From the NCBI GenBank assembly GCA_012295275.1, contig CM022677.1:15500001-15564000 (forward strand): a stretch of 64,000 nt of DNA. Direction: 5' to 3'. The translations under genes were made by a program, and so were the position numbers. Each line of letters opens with the position of its first letter. Position 1 is the stretch's first letter. Positions 31,001 through 44,619 of this stretch are shown here, in pieces. The stretch is from Chrysomallon squamiferum. Its lineage: Eukaryota; Animalia; Mollusca. The notes beneath the pieces were generated by a model that worked only from the letters and a program-made list of their open reading frames with translations, had not been told where the DNA came from and ran no database searches.

Positions 31001-31690
31001 TGAGTTTTGTTTCTTTCTTTTATTAATTCACAAACTTAAACTTTATTTTACACACAGACTTGTACTCTGACATGCAGAGCTGGTGTGTTGTGTGTACAGT
31101 CTACAGGTGACCAGTTCATCTGAGTTTTGTTTCTTTCTTTTATTAATTCACAAACTTAAACTGTATTTTACACACAGTTCTTTTTATCAGCACTTCTTTT
31201 GATTATTTGTAATAATAATAATAATTTTTAAAAATAATAAGAAATTAATCTCTCTCTTAATTATTTTTATGATTAATATTAGTATTAAAATATTAGACCA
31301 ATAGATACTTTTATTATTACTATTGTTCTTGTTAATATCAGAATGATCACCTTTGTTGTTTGTTGTTCATGTTCTTCTTCTTCTTCTTCTTCTTCTTCTT
31401 ATTATTATTATTATTATTTGCAGGATGGATTGATGCAGTTCAATGCAGAAATATGAAAGCAGAAATGAAAATCTGTGGCCAAGTTTGATGAAGATTTGAG
31501 TTTTTGCCATCAAAGTTTTGATAGTTGATGCCAGACTGATTCAGAAATCATGAAACAGATGCTGGATTCAGTTCTGCCTCTTTTTTCAGACAGTCACAGC
31601 AGTGAGAAAAATGTTTGACCAGACACAGCACCAAGTACAGTTAAGTCTGCAGCAGTCTTAAACAAGAACAAATATTTCAAATGATACTAA
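28045..31690 (+). pseudogene. Multi-exon pseudogene with protein-kinase-like remnants
   Basis: Exons 28045-28150, 28696-29133, 29585-29654 (MPILFYRKGTFEDYLKQLKSLSS), 30049-30175 (LWCETLQVYLTVKISGETLADYNLNKL...), 30881-30986 (...ALMVEDEGE/FPDLYSDMQSWCVVC, 1-nt shift), 31424-~31690. In-frame TGA stops are present. Confidence 0.55.
30935..31177. repeat. 120-bp tandem duplication spanning an exon end and donor site
   Basis: cagacttgtactctgacatgcagagc...ttttacacacag starts at 30935 and again at 31055. Confidence 0.95.
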
Positions 31691-34098
31691 TGAGTGAGAA
31701 AAGTAAAAACATTCAGACAATACATAATAGGGAAAATGATGATTATTTCAAAGAGTATTTCAAACAGTGGTGAAAAATATGACATTAATTCTTATGATAC
31801 AAATCTGAAAAGAAGATGAATATGATTGATCATAGAAATCATTGATTTTTTGTTTAAAAAAAAAAAACAAACAAAAGTTTTATAATAAAAAGTGTTCATT
31901 GCAAGGAAGATTTTTTTTTTTGTTTTATATTATTATTATTTTTAAAATATATTTCTTATTTCGTGTTTTTAACAGTTATTTATTTATTTATTTTTTTTTT
32001 TTTTTATTTTTTTTGAAAGAATAATCTACTTAATCACATAACCCAAATATAAAATACCAAGACTTGTGGTAAAGATTTACCCAGTAAAAGTATGTTAATA
32101 AAATACAAAATGGAAAGAAATGTGTAAACCTACATATGCATGTATTTGAAAGATAATCTCAGAAATTAGAAATTTACTTAATTAGTATTTTGCAGGTTAC
32201 TTTGTCTGTCAAATTATATATTAATTTAAAACATTTTTTGTAAACAAATGTGTTTGTATTCTTTTTTATTTCATGTTGTATATTTTATTAATATAGTTTT
32301 ACTGGATAAATCAGAAATTCTATATTTTTTAGAAGTTTTTCAAAAATTATATATGCCATATGAAAAACTATTTTTGTTGAAATAAATATTACAAATTATT
32401 TAGTTTTCAATTATAATATTTCAGCTAGCATTATCAAACTGGAGTAACAAATTCCTATTTATGAGGATAATTTTTATTTATATTGTTTTGACATATTAAC
32501 CCAAATCAGGTACTTAATAATCATAGTTTCTTCTATTTACAATTATATTAAGTAAATTTATTTAAATGGATAAATTCATAGGTATTTTAATTAGAAAATA
32601 ATTTGAATTTTCCGTTTCTGAAATGTGTTGTAACATAGAAAATAAAATGAAAAATCAAAGTCTAGTTTAAACTGTTAGAAAATTAAATAAAATTTAATCT
32701 TATCCATGTCTATTTATAGTTTCACCTGCAGATGTATAAAAACTGCAAATCCTCTCAACAGGTAAATAAAATGATGTAATTTTATCTTGTATGTGTTCAT
32801 AACTTGGAATCACACCTGTAGGTACCACTAAGAACTACATCGATCATTCTGAGATCAAGTATGAATAAAGTAACGTTGGATCTTGTTTACAGGACTCTAG
32901 TACATATGGAATATAGTTGATTTGGGATACAGTATTTGTGGATATGGTAGATATAGAATATAGTAGTTTTGGATATAGGAGATACAGTGCAGCAGATAAT
33001 ATACTATAACAGTTCATTTAAATGAATGTGTTCATATTTGAAAGTATTGTATTATTTATTTTTGTTTCTTTATTTATTTGACTATTTATAATTATCACAT
33101 CAAAATTATCATTATTATCAAAACATACCAGAGACATTGCAGATAAATAAATAAATAAAAATGTTAATGTGAACACACACACCCTAAACACCCAGAGACT
33201 TAAATATGTGTCCAACAGTCTGTTCAGCTGTATTGCAAATATTTCTGTTTACACAGTGGATTTCATGAAAATTCTCGTTTTAATTTCACTTTAAAGTACA
33301 GTAAGAGTGCAATATGTTTACGTCACTGTGGCATCAAGAATTCAAAAAGAAAACGCAAAATGTGCGCCCTAAGTATTATAACAGTGTTGTTCTAATAAGT
33401 GTTGTTTATTTTATAATTCTGCTGTAGGGGGGATAACTCTGGAGGGTGTAGTTAGAGTGTACAACAGAGGTGGGCTAGAAAAACGAGAACAAACGGTGGC
33501 CTGTGTTAATTTGTCAGTGTGAAGTGTGACGGGCTTCGTCCGTTTTACTCGCTTCTCTTTTGTTTTTGTGGTTTTTGCTGTAGGTCTTTTGTTGTTGCTT
33601 TTTTAACAAACAAAATTTAAAAATTAAATTCGGCTCAAATCAGTTAAGTATTTTAGATATTTGTTTGCTGTATCTTTGTGTTGTAATGAATTGGAGTCAT
33701 TGTTTAAGAAGTGATTCTATTTAAATTGTTCTTTTCTTCTGCAAGTTACATCCGAAATCAGAATTAGCGTTTTGATAGCTGGATGGGATTTCAAATCAGT
33801 TCCGTTACAAAAGATCCGGACTAATAAAAGACCGGTTTTGACAGAGTCCATTATATAATTTAAAAACTGAATCAATGTTTTATGTCTAACAGGCTTGAAG
33901 AAAGTCACTGATGAGATTATTAAATTTAGTTCATAATCTATTACCAGCTACTCCACAGTTTCTTTTTATTCCACTTAGTTCTCGAAAAAAAGTTAAATAG
34001 CAGGAAGAAATATTTATATATATATTTTTTTAACTACAAAGGCATTTGTTAAATTTTAATTTTAAAAATTTTAAATTTCTTCAAGCTCTCTACAAACA

Positions 34099-34153
<55 letters not shown>

Positions 34154-34310
34154 TAATAAAAAAAAAAAAACAACAACAAAAAAGCGAAGTAGTAAATATT
34201 TTATTTCGCTGAGCGGTATCTACCGAACTGTAGTTGAGTTATACCTCTTTGATATGTTGTTGTTGTTGTTGTGTTTGGATATGTATCCCTCCCTGTGAGT
34301 TTGTTTGTTG

Positions 34311-34342
<32 letters not shown>

Positions 34343-34899
34343 GTAAATAATATATATCTGTAAATATTACATAGACCATTTGTCTTTATTTATTTATTTC
34401 CTGGAGAATAAAGATGGAGTACTTACGTATGTGTTTTGTCGCAGTTATATACAAGATGGGATTTTGATTATTCATTGTTATAACATGCGTACAACAGTCC
34501 TGTACAACTTAACATAATGTAATGTAATACAATATAATATAATATAATATATGGAAACATAAAAACAGAATATAAGTTTCACATTAACTTCCGGTTTTTC
34601 TTGTAAAAATTATAAAAGCGCACTTTCCAAAAATAGATCTGGGAATTTCCAAATGATATTCGAGATTGAACATTTTCTGTGTGAGTAGACTATACAAACG
34701 AGTTTTATCACTGCTGAAGAAAAATCTGAAAAAGAACAAAATTCACTTAGAGAGACCATAACATATTTATTTATTTATTTATTTATTTATTCTTTTGTTA
34801 ATTGATTTATCTTGTCTACATATTTGTTTGAAAAGCGTGCACTATCTCTTTTCGATTTTTGTCTTAATAATAGTATTACTTCTATTACTTCTACTACCA

Positions 34900-34951
<52 letters not shown>

Positions 34952-35036
34952 TGTTTGATTACATTGGACTGTGTACAAGTTGATTTTAGATTTTAGATTC
35001 TTTGAAATAACTACTTTACAAAATAACAGAATAGTT

Positions 35037-35084
<48 letters not shown>

Positions 35085-37121
35085 TGTGTGTGTGAGAGCA
35101 AGAGAGAGAGAGAGATGACAAAACACACACACATAGATTGACAGCAGCATATACATGTAGATGATGGATAGATAAACAGAACTGACAATGAGATGGGTAG
35201 AGGTTGGTGTGCTTTGTTAGTTGAGACAGAAAGGATGATAGAAATATGTACAAATATACAACTGAGAGATTCTCATGTAGACAGGCAGGTTTATAGAAAA
35301 AGATTTTTATTGGACTTTTGAAACCAGATTTAAAAATGTATTTAAAAATGACAGTAAATTTAGGAATAAATGACACTGCATGGATACTGAAATATTTTTA
35401 ATATTTTAATATATTGAATTGTGAAAAGAAATTACCTTGAAAGACTGAGTATATTGAAATATATTTAGTATTCTTAGCTTTTAGGAATTATTTTACTATT
35501 AATATGTCATTGATAATCCAAACAAACAGCTTTCTGTCCACTGCTCTATCCCTATGTTCATTCATGATCATTGTGTCTCCCTAAATGAATTATCTCCAAA
35601 ATGTCTGTCTATCTATCTATCTATCCATACATGTCTATAAAACACACATATAACAACAGAAACACTCTAATCCACTTACTCATGCAAAAAACCATCCTAT
35701 GAACTTACTGTCTATCTATCTATCTATACATAAAACACTGTTATCTATACCTTCAACATCTCACAATTCTAATCCATTATACACATCTTTCTGTATGTCT
35801 GTCATGTCTGTCAAACTAATTATATATCCATCCATTATACTCTCTCTGTATATCTACAGGAACTTACTAATCTTCCTTTATACACATATCTCATGTCTGT
35901 CTCATATCAGTCTGTCTATCAAACTTCCAGTCTATCTTCTCTTATCTCAAATAATAAGAAACATACATATTCACACACATACACACACACATACATACAT
36001 ACCATGTCTAACACACTTAGCTAGATGAATGTGACAGTGTAGGAGGGAGACAGGCAAATACAGATGGTCAATGAAGGATGAAATTGTCTTTGTCCTCCCA
36101 GTATTGGTCAGTTCTATTTGACAATATGTTTAGTTTTGAAAAATGTACATTCACTTTAGTGTGAACACTGTCAGTGTATATTAACAGAGAGTCACATTTT
36201 GTTGGATTGTTCTTATTTACAATCATCTAAACATCAGCTTTTTCAAACTACGGGCTTATCTTGATTCTTTTATCACTTTATTCTATATACATAATGAACT
36301 GCTTCTAAGTTAGTTCTCAGTAGACGTGGATTTCACTCAACATGCAATGTTGTTTATGCACATCAGGATCCACAGAACTCAGTGAAAATTTACATGAAGC
36401 ATTTAATAAAGATCAGTAACTCACTGTACATCTTATTGAAACTTAGAATATTTATTTGTCGAAATAGATTATTTTTCTGTTCTTATTACCATTACCTTTT
36501 AATTTAATTTATTTTATAATGTCTTTTTTTTTTTTTTCTTTTTTTATTAACTATTTGCACTTTTTAAAATGTAAATATTTGTCATTTTATTTTAAAGAGT
36601 AATTAGTGATATTTAGAGGTTGTTAAATGTACAAATAGTGAGAGCAAATGTGTGAGATACTGATTTGTCTTCACAGACATCTTATAAAGTACACACAAAC
36701 ACACTCTATGCTGTCACACAGTTAGAACTAAATGTTTTATATTTCAATATATCATCCTGTCATTAATCACATTTCTGCCCATCCAACTACACGTGCTTCT
36801 ATTCATTTATTCTTTCAATCATCCAGCATTTATCACATCCAGTGAGTTATTCTATTTGGATATTATGTGAATGTATCATCCCTCCCTATTCTAACCAGGC
36901 TAACCATTTTACTTCATCCATTTATATCTCTTATTCATCATCCATCCATCTTTCAATCCCATACTTCCACACGTATACATGAATCCAGTGATTAATCTAA
37001 GCACAAAGAATCTTTTTTTTTATCACAATCACATAAAGCTGAAACTTCCAGTTTGTCACAAATGTTGTCACCCTGTGATTGAAACAGAATCCTGCACTTG
37101 TTCAGTCTGAATAGTTGTATC

Positions 37122-37154
<33 letters not shown>

Positions 37155-37988
37155 ATAAATGTATAAATAAATAAATAAAAACAAATAAATAAATAAAAAT
37201 AAATAAATAAATAAATAAATAAAATGATAAGGACAGGCTAGGAGTTGGTTTGTTTAGCTTGGAAACAGGATATTTGAGCTGAACACAAAGAGTGTTTAAT
37301 AAACAAGTGTTTAGCAGGTTGATAATCAACAACTCCACCCAGTGTTTCATACACACATACATACACACATACACACATACATACACACATACATACATAC
37401 ACACACACATACACACATTCATACACACACACACACACACACACACATACACAAACACACACACATACATACACACACATACACAGACATACATACACAT
37501 ACATACATACACACACATACATACATACACATACATACACATATTGAATAATAATATATCTTGTAATATACATATAAAGTTGTGTAAAGAGGAATCAATA
37601 TAAACATGTAGGTATGTTCCAAGAACACTATATTTCAACTTGCATCTGTTAGTATGTGATAAATAATTAAACATAAAAACAATATTTACAGTGGATTCTA
37701 TAAAAACAGGACACTAGGGTAATACCATTTTAGACTGCAGACTTATAAAGGTTAAAAAAACTGTAATTTTCTTGTTACAAATGTCACAGTGTTTTAGACT
37801 TATTGCAGAAATAAAAAGATTAAAATAATATAAAATTTGAATATTTTTTTAATTACAAATGTTAAGGTTTTAGACTACTTATTGCAGAGATATAAAGATT
37901 AAAATAATATAAAACTGGAATATTTTTTATTACAAATTTACAGTTAACAGCCTATCAAGTGTTAGCAGAGAAATAGTATGTCATGATG

Positions 37989-38023
<35 letters not shown>

Positions 38024-38554
38024 GTTTTTTTGATATACAGGAAATTGCCCTGACCTGCAACCATTTTTATGAATTACTATAACTTTTCTTAGAATTCCAA
38101 GTTTTCCAGATTAGTTCCAAAACACAAAATTGAAAATGATTTCCAATGAAGAAATGTAAAAAAAAAAAAAAATTCAATCATTAAAAAGAAATAAAAGAGA
38201 ATAATTAAGGTATGTTTCTTCTACTTTTCTGTGATTTGAACAATTAGGAATTAAAATGTGACTGACAAATAGTTACATAGTAAACATTTTTTATGTAATT
38301 GTTATTATTTTTAAAATATTTAAATAATTCTCATTGTTACTGCAATAAGAAATATAACAAAAAAATGTATCATTAAGTTCCATTCAAAAAAAGAAAAAAG
38401 AGAAAGAACACTGAAATAATTACCTTTTCATAGCTAAAAATAAAATACAAGCAGAATAATTTTTCATACAGGAAAGATGATAAAATGAGAAACACAGATA
38501 TTTACAATCAGACATAGTATTTTCATGTATATCTTCAAATGTCTATCATAAATG

Positions 38555-39360
38555 ACTTCTAATTATCCCTAATTACATAAATTTAAACATATTTATACAA
38601 TGATTACTGCCAACAACCCTTGGTTTACCCTGATTTAAATATGATAAGGAAAAAATGGGGGTTTGGGGGTTATTAAAAAAATTCTAATTACATAATCTTC
38701 AGTTATATTTACATTGATTACCCCCAGCAAATCCTTGATTTTTCCCCCCTCATTTAAATAATAAACAAAAACAAAATAATGTTGTTGTTTTGTTTTTTGT
38801 TTTTTATAAAAAATTCTAATTACCCTAATTACATAATTTTAAATATATTAAACCCTTGATTTTCCCCCGATTTAAATACATTTTCCTTGATTTAAATAAT
38901 ACAAAAATTTGATGATCAAAAAATTTAACACCTCTATTCACCCGATATAATATTATTTTTTGGTGAGTTTCTTTTTTTATAAAAAATTCTAATTCCCATA
39001 ATTACCATAATTTTAAATATATTTAGATTGATAACCCCCAGCAAACCCTTGATTTTCCCCTGATTTAAGAAAAAAGAAAACAAAAGTTATATTGCTGTTT
39101 GTTTTTGTTTTTTTTAATTATAAAAAAATTGTAATTAACCCTAATTACATAATTTTAAATATATTAAACCCTTGACTTTCCTCAATTTAAATAATATGAG
39201 AAAGAAAGATAAAATAATGTTTTTTGTTTTTTGTAAAAAAATTTGTTGGTGCTTATTTTTATTAAAAAAAATTCTATGTGTACATAATTTTAAATATATT
39301 TACATTGATCATCCCAGCAAACCCTTCATTTTCACCAATTTAAATAATACAAAAATTGAT
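38555..39360. repeat. Diverged AT-rich tandem repeat (~120-190-bp units)
   Basis: Recurring aattctaattaccctaattacataattttaaatata...aaacccttgattttcccc.gatttaaat. Confidence 0.8.
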
Positions 39361-39499
39361 GATTACTATCACATTAATTTTAGGTTATTTAGAAAAATGA
39401 CATTCCATAGCAGTGATGAATCTCTATTCCTCTTTCAGTGATAAAACTTAGAATAGCCATGCATACACATCAGTGATAAAAACAGTGCAAGCTGCTATG

Positions 39500-42400
39500 A
39501 AGTACAATGTGTACACTGGATGTTCTGATAATATTGACAATGCAGTCTCTTGGAGATCACTGAGTTTTGAAATTCAAATTAGACTGATTTTATGATCTTA
39601 CATATTTTCTCTTGAAAGTGTTCAGCTTTCTCTGGACAGGGAAGACTGTGAAGTAATAGCACTCTGGTGCTCTAGTTAACCTTTTCTGAAAATGTGTCTT
39701 ACAGCATTTTCAACTGAAGTGCTGGCTGAGGCAGCTTGATTCTGTTGTCTAGGATCCTACAACAAAATATAATATTCATTAATAAACTAAACATAAAATA
39801 AAGTGCAAGTGGAATTTTTGTTGTCAGCTCTAACTGCATTTCACTGTCTTAGCAAGAAGAGTTTTATTTTTTCCATCAGTTTAATATTATTTTTTAACTT
39901 TGATATAAAAGCATTAAAACAGCAATACATCAGTAAAAGAGCTTATGAAAAATATTTTTAAATATATTTGAATAATTATGTAACTTGCTAAAATTTGATA
40001 TTTACACTATGCTTAGTCCAGTTTAAGATGACTGCCAGGAATATTAAGTAAATAAACCTTTCAAATCCACCAAAATTCCATCCGTTATACAAAATTTCAA
40101 AATACTGTAAATATCTTTTGCTCTACCAAATGAAGTAATAAATGTTTGTATTTCAGTTTAGAGTGAGATATTTATAACAGAAAATTACAAATTTATACAA
40201 ATGTTCTGTTCACTACTCTATTAGGCTGGCATGCAAATTATTACAAGGTTTACACTGATTCTATTAATTTTCAGTGCATCAGTTTACAAAAACACAAATA
40301 TATTATATTTTCATGTATGATACTTAATTCAGTATAAGAAAAAATATTTCAGTTTTGTGAATCACTGAAGAAATATTAAAAACTGAAATAAAATGGAAAG
40401 GTTTACAATGAATAATGTATTTAAATACCTGCTGGACAGCACCAAATACTTCAGCTCTACTGGAGACTCAAGCTGCTCTTTGTTCCAAACTGTCAATTTG
40501 ACTTTGTATTTTATCAACAATTTCTTGAATATTTGTATCCTTAACAAGCCGATTTAATTTCTGAAAATATAGAGTTTAAATCCACATATTAGAATACTGG
40601 TTTCTTCAATTCCTATAAATACATGTGATACCCAGATGAAAGATCATTTGGTGAAACCGAACAGAAAGATTATTGAGTAAATACTGGTATTTCCTTGTTG
40701 TAAAACGGTTCAATAAATTGAGTCAGCATGAATCAATATAATTATAGTAAACTAAAATCTGAAATTTAACCTTTTTTAAAATCTTTTGTTTTGTAATCTA
40801 ATGAGATTTAATAATGCAGTTATAAGTTCAAATTATTTACTGAAAGATAATTTAAAGCTAGAGAGATAAAAAAAAAATTCTAAAATAAAGATGAATTACA
40901 GCTAAAGAAGAATTCTTCATTCACAAACACCTTCAACAAAATTAACATAGATCTGTTTTCCTTTATGAACTGATTTCACAAATACCTCAACTTCATTCCT
41001 TAAGACATGTACTTCTTGGTTCATTTATTTATTTTTTGTTGACTTAAAAACAAAACTGTTTTGATTACTCCTAGTACAAATATAAGCTAAAAAGAAATAA
41101 AACAATGCCAGGCTTTTGTCTTTGCCACTGTCACACACAGCCATCACAGTTGTCTGCCAAGTGGTTTCATTTTAATGTTTTTCTTTGCCTGGTTTTAGCA
41201 TGTTCAAGTTTTTGGTGACCTGGTGTAAGACTCACCAACTTAAGAATTGTTGTAGTCTGACGTTGGTCGGCTTCAATGTCCAGGTCACCGAAATTGAGCT
41301 TTTCATCAGCAGAACTTTCAACAACTCTGAGTCAGAGTCACATTGGTGGGTGCACTGCCTAGTTTGAGGAAATAAATAAATAAACAAATAAATAAATAAA
41401 AAAATGAATAAAATATTTTACAAAAATAAAAAAAATAAAATACTGCTACTACTACATTTACTGCAAACTTCATGCTACTTTTATTACCATCATTACTATA
41501 ACTAATATTTTCTATTATTTCTTATTCAACTAGGGCTACTGTTATTGAAATAATACTCCTATTACTAAAATTACTATCCATTAATAATGAAAGTGACATT
41601 TTGGCTCTCTTCACTATTAGTCCTACGTCAGTATTTCTTTATACTAATATAATTACTACAACAACAACTATGACTACTGTTACTACTACTATCTCTGCTG
41701 TTAACCTACTCTTCTTGTTATATTTATCATAACAATTTCTCTAAAAACAACTACTACTACTACTACTACTGCCACTACAACCAGTAATCTGACTACAAAC
41801 AGTTTTTTTAAATCACCATGAGTCTCACAAGATACATTACTATTACAAAGCTATGGAGACAGCATCATCAGATAAAATATGGCCAAGATCAATTCTACAA
41901 CATTACTATAACAAGCAGTATTATTAATAATGCTACAATTACTAATGCTGTAACAACTACATTACTACCACAATGGCAATGACTAATACTATTACTATAA
42001 CAAACAGTATTATTTATAATGCTACAAGTACTAATGCTGTAACAACTACATTACTACCACAATAGCAATGACTAATACTATTACTATAACAAGCAGTATT
42101 ATCAATAATGCTACAAGTACTAATGCTGTAACAACTACATTAGTACAACAATAGCAATGACTAATACTATTACTATAACAACAACCTCTGTAGATGCTCC
42201 TGTTCTGCCATATTATTTGATGACATTTCTCTCCTGTGGTGAGCTCACAGAATTAGCTCTTCATGTGTACAGAGCAGTTTCTGAAAAACAAGTTTTTTTT
42301 ATTTATTTACCTTATATATATATTTACAACAAAATAATCAGGTTTATTTGAATGGAAGTGTTGTGTTTGTGTGTGTTTAAGAAAGAGAGAGAAACATGAT

Positions 42401-43065
42401 ATAAAATGCAGTGATACAAGATTCTAATGGATGTGCATGTGTACTTACTGATATATGTTACAAAATGCAACTTACTACATTAAATTAAATTAAACTTCAT
42501 TAGGTTTTGAATAATGAGAAAACAAACTTAAATTCACCTGTTCAGGTTTTTTTCCTCTTTTCCAGTGGCAGCAGTACAAACTTTATCCTCAGTGCTGGAC
42601 AGCACCTTCTACTGAAACAACTTCACAAGCCAACATCAGCGCATCAATTATGTGAATTCTGAAGAAAAAAATACAAATAAAATAATAAAAATAATAAACT
42701 GTTATAAATAAATAACTAATGTTTCTGTTATTATTAAAACTTAAATTGTACTGGTACCAGTTACTGGATTATTCAGACACAAAGGGTTGTGGGATATTTT
42801 TGATATACTTTGCATAATAATTATAATGATAATGATTAAAAATAGTAATAATTTAAATAATTAACAAAACAATAGCAAATAAATGATTATTATTATGCTA
42901 TTTTACAATCAGTAAAGAGTTGTTACTATAAAACTGACAAAACTGATTTAATTGCTGTTCAGTTATAAGTATCTAACCAGAGAACAGTTTAATTATTTCT
43001 AATCAAACTGTCAGTTAAATGTGACTACTTTTAGTTTTTATGGGGAACAGTTTGTGTGTGTGTGT

Positions 43066-43119
<54 letters not shown>

Positions 43120-44397
43120 GCATGCACATGTATGCAGTATTCTACTTTTATCATGGAACTCATGACTGGCCTGTACAGAGCTACACTGGGTTACTTATAA
43201 TATTTCATGGAATGATGTCAGTATTGGGTTAATCAGTTAGCTCTCCTGTCTCTAAAACTAGAACTGCTACAGCATTAAATAAAAAAGTGGAAGAGTATGA
43301 CTTTCAAGAAAACTTGATTAAAATTAATTTGCCAAAAACTTTGTTTCCAAATAGTTATGAACAAGAACTAGCATAAAGTTATCATTTTAATAAACAAACA
43401 AACAATTAAATAAATTAATAATGTAACAACAAAAAAGAAAAAGAAAAAAGAAGAAAAAAACAAATAAACAAATAAATAAATAAATAAATAAATAAATGAT
43501 GAACATCTAAATATTAACAAATAAACAAATAAAAAAGGATATAAATAAATAAATAAATGATCAACATCTAAATATTAACAAATAAATAAATAAATAAATA
43601 AATAAAGACATAGATAAACAATAACTAAGTAAATAAAGATATAATTACTCTGCTGTTGTCTGACTCACTCTCCGAGGTCTCTGTCATGGTGATGTCATCA
43701 CACATCGACGTTTTGGACAACAACGATTCTTCGGGCTTTTCCTAAACTGAAATTTAAAAAAAAAGAACTTTCCAACAAACTGAAATATGGACTGAAGAAA
43801 GTAAAATATTTTTGTTCCATAGCTTGGGTTTTAAATAAACTGTTGTTAAATAAGTTATTGTTTAACTGAATACAGCTTGTCTGGACTGTCATCTGTTTTC
43901 ACAACAAACAAAAAGGTTATCTTTACTTTTTCACAGCAATTTTCCCATAAAACTGTTGGTTCTTTTTTTAATTACTGGTTCTTTTTTCTGTTTTACTCAA
44001 TTTACTGTCAATCTATTTAACAACTGCTTTATGATTCTGTGTGCTTACATGTGTTTGTGTGGGATGTGTGTGTGTTCAAAATAAATTCGGCTATATTTTG
44101 ATATCAAACTACTGAAAACTGTTTGCCCTGAAGAAATTCAGGAAGTTTTTACAAATTTTTCATTATTAATGATGTAGCCAACAGCAAAGACGTTTCTTGT
44201 TTACATCTAACTTATCAAGCTGCTGCGTCTGTTGCCGGGGTTCAAAACGACGTTGCAGCTGGTGTTGTTATGAAAAGCTGTTCTCACAGTGATGTGCTTG
44301 TCTAGCTGATTAATAAACTTCATCTTCCAGTCTGAAAGATCACAAAAATAGGCTGGGCTAGGAAAACAGGCAGAGTGAGATATAATTGCAAGTGCAT
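39500..44397 (-). pseudogene. Multi-exon pseudogene, inverted paralog of 28045-29133
   Basis: Exons starting 44397, 43741-43669, 42658-42538, 42280-42186, 41358-~41100, 40560-40429 (KLNRLVKDTNIQEIVDKIQSQIDSLEQRAA*VSSRAEVFGAVQQ) and starting 39756. 42280-42186 aligns with 28045-28150; 41358-41170 aligns with 28696-28970. Confidence 0.65.
41900..42182. repeat. ~88-bp tandem repeat, 3 units
   Basis: actaatgctgtaacaactacattactaccacaatagcaatgactaatactattactataacaagcagtattatt. Confidence 0.9.
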
Positions 44398-44419
44398 CTG
44401 AGGAAGGAGTTAAAACAAA

Positions 44420-44619
44420 NNNNNNNNNNNNNNNNNNNNNNNNNNNNNNNNNNNNNNNNNNNNNNNNNNNNNNNNNNNNNNNNNNNNNNNNNNNNNNNNN
44501 NNNNNNNNNNNNNNNNNNNNNNNNNNNNNNNNNNNNNNNNNNNNNNNNNNNNNNNNNNNNNNNNNNNNNNNNNNNNNNNNNNNNNNNNNNNNNNNNNNNN
44601 NNNNNNNNNNNNNNNNNNN
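44420..44619. other. Assembly gap (200 N)
   Basis: Run of N. Confidence 1.

Noticed and set aside
31424-31690. In-frame TGA as selenocysteine or a variant genetic code
   Set aside because: Neighbouring exons also carry frameshifts and TAA stops, no SECIS was recognised, and CpG decay is simpler.
33425-33930. Possible 5' UTR/ORF1 relic of an L1/Tx1 element
   Set aside because: Too many stops and frameshifts and no diagnostic motif; not supportable without a search.
37120-37674. Cys/Val- and His/Thr-rich ORFs (also 24714-25207, 51926-52382)
   Set aside because: (AC)n/(ACAT)n microsatellite translations.
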